64,000 nt of DNA from NCBI RefSeq assembly GCF_001194135.2, contig NC_068994.1, positions 42,698,032 through 42,762,031 of the forward strand, read 5' to 3'. Position 1 is the first letter of the stretch. Every line of letters begins with the position of its first letter. Made by a program: the position numbers and the translations under genes. Below, one piece after another: positions 53,361 through 64,000 of the stretch. The notes under the pieces were generated by a model, which was not told where the DNA came from, ran no database searches, and saw only the letters and a program-made list of their open reading frames with translations. The stretch comes from Octopus bimaculoides. Its lineage: Eukaryota.

Positions 53361-54138
53361 TGTTTTCAAATTATGTAATTAAAATTATTTTTCTTGATAT
53401 ATTATGTATCACCTCTTGCTCCATTTCTTACTGTCATTTAAATTTGTATAAACATGTAAAATGCTCCCACATGTATGAATTGGTGGCTGGCACAATAAAC
53501 AAATTAATTATTATTGTTGTTGTAATCGTTATCATCATCATCGTCGTCATTATCATCATCACCATTATTATTACTAATAATACCAGTATTATCCTCCTTC
53601 TCTTTATCGTCATCATCATCACATGACCACCACCACCACCACCACCACTGCTACTACTACTACTACTACCACCATCATCATCATCATCATTATTAATGTG
53701 TTATCTTTCTTCTGGTTTTATTACCATTAACGCAGACATATTTCACAATTTGGTTTCCTACATTTCCTTCCTTGTTATTTCAATAATTTTCATTTACACT
53801 TATGGACTGAAAGTTTGTCAAATTTAAAATTCAATGTAGTACATTATTGTGAAATTTTTCGATAATAATTATAATAAATATAAAGAAAATTTATAAATAA
53901 AGGCTAATTGTCTTTCTCAAGTGTTCATCTACTGGAAAGATAAAGTTGTTGCATTATCAACGCCATTTAGACCATCATTCTGTCTATAAGTCTTTAATAT
54001 ATCTTCAGCTTATAGTCTGCTTAAAGAATAAAAATTGTTAAGCCTTCAGCATTCTATTTCACACTTCAATTGTTGAATGATTAACCTGAGAGACACCCAT
54101 ATTATAGAAGGAAGAAACAGCTGCCCCAGGGAATCGTC

Positions 54139-54722
54139 TACATGGGGGTGCTGAAAAGTTTCTGGCTCAAAGGTTATTGTGAAAGGTCTGGTTGGAGGCC
54201 CAACCTTCTGAGTTCTTTTACAGGGCTTACAAAAACTGAAGGATCACTGCAATAAGTGTGTGAATCNNNNNNNNNNNNNNNNNNNNNNNNNNNNNNNNNN
54301 NNNNNNNNNNNNNNNNNNNNNNNNNNNNNNNNNNNNNNNNNNNNNNNNNNNNNNNNNNNNNNNNNNNNNNNNNNNNNNNNNNNNNNNNNNNNNNNNNNNN
54401 NNNNNNNNNNNNNNNNNNNNNNNNNNNNNNNNNNNNNNNNNNNNNNNNNNNNNNNNNNNNNNNNNNNNNNNNNNNNNNNNNNNNNNNNNNNNNNNNNNNN
54501 NNNNNNNNNNNNNNNNNCCTACACATATATATGTAAAGGTTATTGTGAAAGGTCTGGTTAGAGGCCCAAATTTCTGATTCATTTACAGGGCTAAGAAAAA
54601 CTAAAGGGCTGCATAAGTGTGTGAATCTGAGAGGGGAATATGATGAACAAAATCATAATTAACAGATCATCCTGTATTCTCTTTTACCCAAATCCAGGAA
54701 CTTTTCAGCACCCACATCGTAT
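54139..54722 (+). mobile_element. Mariner-derived MITE(s) spanning an N gap
   Basis: Left TIR TACATGGGGGTGCTGAAAAGTTTCTGG and right TIR CCAGGAACTTTTCAGCACCCACATCGTA. Internal GLQKLKDHCNKCVN resembles a mariner transposase C-terminus. Confidence 0.8.
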
Positions 54723-55333
54723 ACTTAGAGGATATGGTTTCTAAAAATGCTTACTATGTCTGATAAGGTAGTTGTAAACATGCCCCCCAAAAAGACAATG
54801 AATGGTCATACTTAGAATGGTTTTTGTACATATGACTGCTTAATCAGGGTTCACCTGGGTTTAAATGACAGTAGTAATAAACATTGCCCCACTTATAACA
54901 CCATACTTAGGTGATGATAGTCCACTACAACCATATTCTCTCTCATACCAAATGTACTCTGATAACACCCTCCACTAAACATCATTCACAGTTTAGAAGT
55001 TTCTTAATTTACCATTTCACAAAACTTTCTAACCAAGTTTCAGTCATACTATAACACTAAAACAACAACCATTATTTAACAGTTTCTAATTTAACCATTT
55101 CACAACAGGAACAAAACTTTCTAAGCATATTTAGTTATAGCATATTTGGCAATTTAATAGATGTGGTGGTGGTGGTAGTGTTGATGGTGTTGGTCAAGGG
55201 GTCTGGCAAAATTAATCACTTGAAAGATCTGGCCATTATTGATGGCATGTCACCATCACTAGAACTTAAGCAGGAAGTAGATGTAAAGCCAACTAGACAA
55301 CATTATAAGGGTGATGCTTTACATACATACGTG

Positions 55334-55369
<36 letters not shown>

Positions 55370-55539
55370 GCTGCAGTGTTTTGAAATTAGTGGTGTGAGC
55401 TATGGCAGAACATCTAATGGGTATTAATTTCATGGTATAGCAGACAGACAGACATGAAAATAGTTTCAAAGTTACATGCACAAGCCCACATAACCGCACA
55501 CACTACATATCTGTGTCCACCCATGTGTGTGTATATATA

Positions 55540-55579
<40 letters not shown>

Positions 55580-55737
55580 TACAGAGAGAGAGAGAGAGAG
55601 AGATGTATAGATACACATACACACATACATATATAAACACACACACACAAAACACTCACATGCATACATGCACATACACACACTCACACTTGTGCAAACA
55701 CATGCACACGCACACACACACATATATATGTACATAC

Positions 55738-55807
<70 letters not shown>

Positions 55808-56029
55808 ATATTAACCAATGCGTATATGCAATATTTTCTTCATATTTTGACAGAAAGGTAAGCTGCCATTTTAACTCTTTCAAGCCTGACTACAGTTAAA
55901 CTACAGTCACTGAGCCTCTCAGCAAACAATTTTGTGAAGCAAAACTTCCAAGTCTCCTTCACTTCACACTTTTCTGAAGGCATATATGGCTTTGTGATAT
56001 TGGACACTGGTCATTATCATCATCATCAT

Positions 56030-56340
56030 TCATCCTAATCATAATCATTTAACATCTGCTTTCCATGCTGGCATGTGTTAGATGGTTTAACTGGAGCCTG
56101 GTAAGCTAGAGAGCTGCACCAGGCTCCAGTCGTCTGCTTTGGCTTGATTTCTACAGCTGGATGCCCTTCCTAATGCCAGCCACTTTACAGAGTGTATTGA
56201 GTGCTTTCTCATGTCACAAGCATGGATGTCTCTTATGTGTCACTGGAACGGATGTTTTATATATATCACCATCGCAGATGCCTTTTACATGTCACCAGTA
56301 TGGGAAACCTTTTACATGTCCCTGGCACAAGTGCCAAATA
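56030..56340 (-). mobile_element. RTE LINE 3' UTR with repeat modules
   Basis: (CAT)n tail, CTTTCCATGCTGGCATG, TTTCTACAGCTGGATGCCCTTCCTAATGCC and repeated TTTTACATGTC units. Confidence 0.7.
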
Positions 56341-56718
56341 TATCCTGGTTCATTAGAACCTACTTCCTAGTAATTCAGATCTTTTTATATCTTTTCTCAT
56401 TGGAACACAGAACTTCTGCAAACTTCCTATTTTCAGCTTCTTTCAGATTTTCATGTTTCCAAGTAATACACTTGTATTGTTTTTTTAATGATTTTTGTGT
56501 GTGTGTGCGTATGTGTGTTTTTCTTCTTTTTTTCTGTTATTGGTTTGGTCTCAAGGAAGAGGTTGTGCTTGTTGTCTACTGGCCCACCGAGACCAAGGAA
56601 AACAATGTAGTGATATTAAACACATAGTCTCATATGAGATAGAGTAATAGTGAAAGAGAGAAAGAAAGAAAGAAAGAAAGGAAGGAAGAAAGATAGAAAA
56701 GAGAAAAAGAGAGAAAAA

Positions 56719-56757
<39 letters not shown>

Positions 56758-57555
56758 AACAAAGTCAGAAAACTGTGAAAATTTTCTTTCTTTAACTCAG
56801 GGAAAATGAGTAAAAAAAGAATAAAAGAGAACAAATATAAAATATTCTAAATATATATATATATATATATATACACAAAAATACAATAGCTAGACATCAA
56901 ATTAGTAGTGACCTGACAATGATCAACAGCCAACCAAGTATTATGTGGTATTTTACACACATTACGGCTACTCAAAGAGCAATTCCAATGCGTTATCGGA
57001 AATATTTCAAGATTATTTGGTTGGATGTCTGCTATGAGAAGAAACAAAATTCAATGACTCTCAGGAAGCCAATTCTCGCAAATAACTGCCATTCTTCGCC
57101 ATCATCACCATATCACCACCACTACCGCCAACACCATTACCACCACCAACACCAACTCTACCACTGTCATTACCATCGCCATCACCACCCCCTCTGCACC
57201 ACCCAAACAAATACAAATCATACTGCTGCCAACATCCACTCTTACATCACCTTACCCTCCCTATTACCATCACCACCATCCCTACAACCACCATCACCAC
57301 CACCATCATCACTGTCATTCTATCACTATTTCCATAAACTGTATGAGAAAAACATTTTTGGCCAACCTTTTGCAATGTGTATTGATGCTGCTATTACTAT
57401 TATTGTAAATTATCAGCAGTAGATGTAAAATAAATCTTTTATTGTTGACCTTTCCGATTCTTGAAGCAATGTGAAAACATTGATAGTGGAGAGAAGTTTG
57501 TCACACAGAGTAATATTTACCTAGCAGCCATCTTGAATTGTACTTTCACTTTCAG

Positions 57556-57583
57556 TGGACACCTTCAATAATAATAGTCTAAG
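57556..57583 (+). CDS. Candidate 28-nt exon (unverified)
   Basis: TACTTTCACTTTCAG| acceptor and AAG|GTAAGT donor. Only one frame is open (DTFNNNSL). Confidence 0.25.
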
Positions 57584-57842
57584 GTAAGTGTCAAAGGAAA
57601 TAACGAGAGGAAATTTGTAAACATGATAGCATTCTAAGAGCGAGAGAATGGTGAAATAAGTTTATTTGCAGACATAATTACATATTGAAAATTGTATCTG
57701 AGCCAAAGAAAATTGATACACTTTGCAAATATATGGATTTTTCTAGCATATATATCAAGTTTCTTTCTGATCATTAACAATCCAGAAAACCTCAAGTATA
57801 CACACACACACACATCAGTCATTCCAATACATACATATGTAC

Positions 57843-57905
<63 letters not shown>

Positions 57906-58165
57906 AATATATATGTATCTATATATATTCACACACATATACAAATGTGGTGGTTTTATTGGAAGCAAAATAAAACATTGAAACTTTGTTATGACATCAA
58001 GATATTGGTTCTAATTCTTGTGAATGCTAAGTGGAAAGTTTCTGGAAGTGACTGTAAATAGACTTCTTTGCAAAGATATATATTCTAACACTGTTTTATG
58101 TCTGTCTGAATATTTGTTCTCTATACAAACATTAAAATTCTATGGACTGGAGCAAGGGACTAAAT

Positions 58166-58262
58166 GAAGAAGAGGAAGGAGAAGGAGAAGAAGAAGAAGA
58201 AGTAGAAGAAGAAGAAGAAGAAGAAGAAGAAGAAGGAGAAGAAGGAGAAGAAGAAGAAGAAG
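58166..58262. repeat. (GAA/GGA)n microsatellite
   Basis: Visible repeat. Confidence 0.9.
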
Positions 58263-58679
58263 ACCAGTTTACTACCAAGGTAAAAGCATCTGTACATTTT
58301 AATGACAGTATTAAGCTTCCTGCTTTTTATTTCATTGTTGTTTGATTTAATTGTTCTCTGTCAACATCGTTATACTCTTCTTCCACCTGCTCCTCTTGCC
58401 CCTCCTCCTCCTCCTTTTTGTCATCATTGCATTATCAATGATATAATAGTTGCAGTGCACACAGTATCACAAACGACAGCAGCTTCGAAAGCAATCATTT
58501 CTTACAATAGAACCAGCAACAATTGAATATAGCCGGTGTTCTGCTCTGGCCCCCTTCTTTCAAATGTTAACCTCTCACCTTATCTTCTAGCATAAAGCCA
58601 CCTTCCTCTTTATTGTAGCTACACTCAGTGAGAAGGGGATCTTCGTCTTGCGAGATGCATGGTGACTTCACCAGGGCTG

Positions 58680-59262
58680 GTGCCACAGAAAAAAAAACCC
58701 CAGACAAAACAAAAAAAGAAATTCAGTACATTCACTAAAGTGGTTGGCATTAAAAGGGTCATCCAGCTATGGAAACATTGCTGAAGCAAACGTTAGGACA
58801 TAGTTCATTCCTTGGAACCACTGAATTCTGTTGCACAATCTAACCTCCATGCCAGCATGAGATACAGAATGCGGCTGTTGAATGATGATGGTGATGATGC
58901 TGATGATGATGATGATGACAACGATGATGACGATGATGATGCTGATGATAACCGTGATGATGATGATGACAATGACAACGATGATGATGATGCTGATGAT
59001 GGTGATGATGATGATGCTGATGATGGTGATGATGATGATGATGATAATGAGGATCATGGTGATGACAATCAAGATGATCAACATCATCGTCATGATAATG
59101 ATGTTGGTGACAACAATGGCGATAACCACATTGAAAAAGTCAATGACGACGACAACAACAATGATGATAGTGATGACGATGAAGGCGGTGGCGGTGGCGG
59201 CAGCGGCGACGACAATGATGATGACGACAACGACGATGGTGATGATGATGATACATACACAT
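58680..59262 (+). mobile_element. RTE 3' end with greatly expanded (GAT/GAC/AAC)n tail
   Basis: GGTGCCACAG...GGTTGGCATTAAAAGGGTCATCCAGCT...CCATGCCAGCATG runs into about 380 bp of degenerate (GAT)n. Confidence 0.7.
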
Positions 59263-60174
59263 GCTGCTCATATTTAGCATCGAGCATGCTAAGTATGCCT
59301 ATTATTACTAAGTATGAATTTGCATACATGTCTCTTTCAAGTCATACTCCAAGCCGCACCATCTTAGAAATGAAGGAAACATTGAATAACATTGTTCCTG
59401 TGGTACAGTAGCTAGAAAAGATATGGGATTGTAATAACAGGAACTTCTCTGACTGTAGACATCTGCTCAACCATCTTTGACCTTGGGTTAAATAGCTATG
59501 GTTTAGTTATAAATTTGTATTAGAGTAATTTCTGAATGAGAGCTTTATAGCCAATAGATATATTTGGTTGATGAGTTGACAGATCAATATTGGCCAAATG
59601 AGTCCATAGCTACCAGGTGTGGTTGTATGGTTAAGAAGTTTTGGTTTCAATTCCACAATGCAGTATTCTGGCCAATACTGAGAAAGTAAAAGTTTGTAGA
59701 CAGAAACTGTGTGGAAGCCATGTGTGTGTGTGTGTGTGTGTTTATTCTTTCACTTGTTTTAGCCATTTGACTGTGGCCGTAAAAGGTATAAAAACACCAT
59801 ATCTGCCCAGTGCTTCCTCCTGTTAGATTCTCAGATGCATGTTTCTGGCTCTTTAGCCTTTCTCAATGGGAAATACTTAAAGAGAGATAACCCTGGGAGG
59901 GTTCAAATCTGTACCTTTAACTATAAAGCAGTCACTGTCAGTGGCTGAGTTGCACTATTCGACCACCAGTTGTAATATATTTAATAGTTATTCCAATATT
60001 TGAATGAAGTTATTGAACTTTATAAATGGTATGCAAACAGTGGTGCCCTAGCATGGCCGCAGCTCTGAGCTGCAACTACAAAAAAAAAGAAAAAAAAAAG
60101 AAAAAGATATGAGCATCGGCTCCAAAACCGAAAAACAAGTTCTTTAGGAATGAAGCTATCTGAGATACACTGAA

Positions 60175-60249
<75 letters not shown>

Positions 60250-62539
60250 CTCGCTCTATCTATCTATCTATCTATCTATCTCTCCTATCATTCACAGTAT
60301 CAGGAAAACAATGAAACAGTGATTGGCTCAATGGAAATCTGTACTCAAAGTTTCTATTGTTCATAAATTGCTATTCAAAATAAATAAATAGATAAATTGG
60401 TATGATAATGAGAAATTGCTTATTTTTCAATAGTGGGAGCACAATAGAACCCATGATTGTTCTTATAGCTTTTCAATGGAATGATTCAAAGCCTTTATGA
60501 TCTAATGAAGGAGAAATAGATACTATTCTAAGGATTCCACGAAATAAAAATTTCAAAAACAGTACCACAAACATCCCTATTAAAGTACAATGGCAATAAT
60601 CAGTTAAAGCACCAGTTATTGACACACAAAAAAATGGTCCTTATCAGCGTTTCTTAGCCCCACATGTGGGATGGTATACAACAGAATTAATGTATCAGAA
60701 TTTGGCAAGAATACCTTATAGTATTTGATCACGTTTCTTTGTGTTCTGAGTTCAAATCCTGACTAAGTCAACTTTGCTTTTGTCCTTCCCAGGACAATGA
60801 AATATGAGTCAATTTCTGAGGATTGATACAATTAAATAAAACTTTCGAAGGTGGTATCACAGACCAGGGACTGAAAGCAGTTACAGAATAAACATATCAA
60901 GTAATATGCTTTGGTACTTATTGTTGCTGTTTAGTCTCAGGTTAACTCTGATCAAGCAAACCTTTAATCAAAGACATTCTAACCATGAGCATCCTACCTT
61001 TCTTTTCTTTATAAATTTGATTTACTGCCTGCAATATCCAAAGTCACCCTTCACAATTAAAAAATAAACTTTAAGATATGATTTGAAGGAAATTCAGCTG
61101 CTATTTCTAGCCAGTTTGTAATGACAGACATTCCTTATACACCTTATTTACTGCAGTTGTTTAACTCTAGGGCAGACCACATCAGACGATTCTATGATCA
61201 AAAGGCATTCTAGTTGCAGCCATCCTGACTCTTTGTATATCAGGGTCTGCATTATCTAATGTATTCTCAAACTTTTAAAGACAATGATTTGAGTTTGATT
61301 TGACTGCTATTTTGAGCATGTTTAATGACTGTGCAAAGATTCTCTTATTGGATCATACTTATTTCAATCATCTCCATCAATATGAGCTAAACCAAGAATC
61401 TTTAAATCCCAAACATTCTTTGCTTTTAATTTAATGATTTCAGTAGTTTGATTTTTATATATTTAATTGCATACAACCGTGGAAAGAGAAGAAATATTTG
61501 TAAGAACCGATATAATTTTCCAGATTCACAGATTTTTGTTATGAGATCTGATTGATATAAGGAGAAGAAGGGTTAGACATTGAGAAAACGGCTATATAGA
61601 TTGTTAAAATATTCTTATGTAAGTATAATAGCATCAGCAAAGTGAACCAAGCTATTAGAGGAAAAGATAGAGAAAATAAAGAGAATTTTAAACTCTCATA
61701 CTTGAAAATGTAAAACATGAAAGAATGTTTGAAAATCCCAAAGCTCTAAATATTTATCATATTGATATTTAAATAATTGAATTAAATAACGAGAAAATCT
61801 ATAAATCTATGTAGGAAATGTAATTTTTATGAGTGCTATTGTATAAAATCCTTTCGTATTGCAATATCTTTAGGGTAAATGAAGTTTAGGATAGAGTATT
61901 AGAAGTGGAGAGAGAGAGAGAGAGAGAAAGAGAGTGAGAGAGACAGAGAAAATTTAATGATAGAAATGGAGTTCAGAAGACATTAAATGCAGCTAAGTGT
62001 CTTCTGTCGTAATTAAATATTAACTTATAAGAGAATTTTACTATTAGAGAGTCATTTCCAGAGAAAAATGTATCACTTTGCTGCTGTCTGTAAAGATTTA
62101 AAATATATAAAAGATTGGAGAAGATTGTCATAGTACTGATATTGACCAATCAACGAAGATCTTATATAAGATTATTTAAAATGGGTAAAATATTATACAT
62201 AATAACACTTCAACTTATTTGGTCAGCTCCTGCTTCAAATTCTGACATAAATGATTACCCAATAGAAAAATTCATTACTGAAACATGACATAAATCAGAT
62301 GATGGATGACATTAGTTGATTGATTTTCAAAGTAATTATAATGTGAGGTTTATGTTTATGTCTACACAAATACACAAGAATTCGTATGTACATATTAGGC
62401 ACATATGTGCACAAATGAGACATACATATGTGCATACATACATACGTATGTACGTATGTGTATATTTGTTTTATGTATATATATGTATATGTGTCCATGT
62501 CTGTGTGTAAATATATAATATGTATATATGTACATGATA

Positions 62540-62574
<35 letters not shown>

Positions 62575-62582
62575 ATCGTCAT

Positions 62583-62741
62583 GGTTATGACGATGGGGGT
62601 TCTAGTTGGTCTGATCAACAGAACAGCCTGCTCATGAAATTAACGTGCAAGTGGCTGAGCACTCCACAGACACGTGTACCCTTAATGTAGTTCTGAGGGA
62701 GATTCAGCATGACACAGAGTGTGACAAGGCTGGCCCTTTGA
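62583..62741 (-). mobile_element. 3' part of a third SINE-like family (inverted partner of 63250-63612)
   Basis: Reverse complement of 63437-63592 at high identity. Confidence 0.85.
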
Positions 62742-63133
62742 AAAAATTGTAATTGACCTGTTTACCAAATGGAACGATTAACTATAAAGTACTCCTCAAG
62801 TTAAGATCATAATTTTGATGTTTATACCCATTTTTCAAAAGAGTAAGTATTTTCTGATTTTGATCCAATTTAGTGTTTATTTTACTTTTATTTTTATCTT
62901 CAAATCTTTAAGCCGATTTTATATTAAAAGAATTTGAGATTTTATTAGAGAATATGACATCTTCATTTCCATTAGCAGTAAGAGAATTTTTAACCTGGTT
63001 ATCAACAATCTTGTAATTTTTTCTTTTGTTATAAATATAATTGTTCATTTGTTTGTTCTCACTATCAAAATCACCTACTCATGTTATTTTATCAATTTGA
63101 ATATTTGATTTTAAATCTCCATTACTATATTTG

Positions 63134-63177
<44 letters not shown>

Positions 63178-63249
63178 NNNNNNNNNNNNNNNNNNNNNNN
63201 NNNNNNNNNNNNNNNNNNNNNNNNNNNNNNNNNNNNNNNNNNNNNNNNN

Positions 63250-63612
63250 TAGGGCAGCGGACTCACGGTCATAGGATCATGGTTTCTATTCCCAGACCCG
63301 GCGTTGTGAGTGTTTACTGAGCGAAAACACCTAAAAGCTCCACGAGGCTTTGGCAGGGGATGGTGGCAAACCCTGCTGTACTCTTTCACCACAACTTTCT
63401 CTCACTCTTACTTCTTGTTTCTGTTGTGCCTGTATTTCAAAGGGTCAACCTTGTCACACTGTGTCATGCTGAATATCCCCGAGAACTACGTTAAGGGTAC
63501 ACGTGTCTGTGGAGTGCTGAACCACTTGCACGTTAATTTCACGAGCAGGCTGTTCTGTTGATCGGATCAACTGCAACCCTCGACGTCGTAAGCGGCGAAG
63601 TGCCAACAACAA
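63250..63612 (+). mobile_element. tRNA-headed SINE-like element, young, (AAC)n tail
   Basis: tRNA-like head GGGCAGCGGACTCACGGTCATAGGATCATGGTTTCTATTCCCAGACC, CpG-rich body, ends GTGCCAACAACAAC. Confidence 0.7.
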
Positions 63613-64000
63613 CACGCACAGCCACACCTATACCTATAGCCATAACTGTGCTTATAAATTTGTAAAATTAACAAATCGTTATTTTTCTCAGCATGGCTGT
63701 AACCCCCAAAAGTTCTTAAATACTTGCTGTGATGGAAGACAAATTCCCTCTGTCTGATTCAAATGAATTGTGAAAAGTATTTGAAGACTATTCATTATTA
63801 AATTTTGATATATGAAAATTAATACAAATAATAATATAATAAATGATAAACTTATCAGATGTCATCTTTTCAATTATGCAGCACATATACTCAATACATA
63901 ATCAATACATAATCAACAACACCATTACAGCAGTAACGAAAATATTTACATGCACAATGAGATTGTCCTGATAAACATATGAAATTACAGCCGCAAAACC

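Noticed and set aside
58142-58345. Poly-Glu ORF with a possible donor
   Set aside because: (GAA)n microsatellite with no acceptor or homology.
58812-59411. Asp-rich ORF as a molluscan biomineralisation (Aspein-like) protein
   Set aside because: It starts inside an RTE 3' end, has no signal peptide, and the poly-D is the element's expanded tail.
63250-63300. tRNA gene (also the heads of SINE A and B copies)
   Set aside because: Only partial A/B-box-like heads continuing into SINE bodies. No complete cloverleaf or T-run terminator.

Overview
AT-rich, repeat-saturated animal DNA from a draft assembly with about 12 N-gaps, most flanked by (AT)n. The repeat families look like those of a coleoid cephalopod, probably Octopus (inference). 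No protein-coding gene could be identified with confidence. Most ORFs in the track are microsatellite or N artefacts. The recognisable coding remnants all belong to transposons: RTE LINE C-termini, a decayed RT segment, a Tx1/L1-like 3' end, Penelope-like (PLE) GIY-YIG fragments and an internally deleted mariner. Non-coding elements include two abundant tRNA-type SINE families (called A and B here), several MITEs and a Helitron-like element. The most interesting signals are: (1) an intact-looking minimal type I hammerhead ribozyme at 19636-19681 (-) and a decayed one at 30013-30073 (-) beside a PLE endonuclease remnant; (2) RTE insertions that repeatedly sit directly against (TA)n tracts and carry a modular tandem-repeat 3' UTR; (3) closely spaced inverted SINE pairs that could form dsRNA; (4) a CpG-retaining, promoter-like zone at about 32-36 kb with weak candidate exons on both strands.
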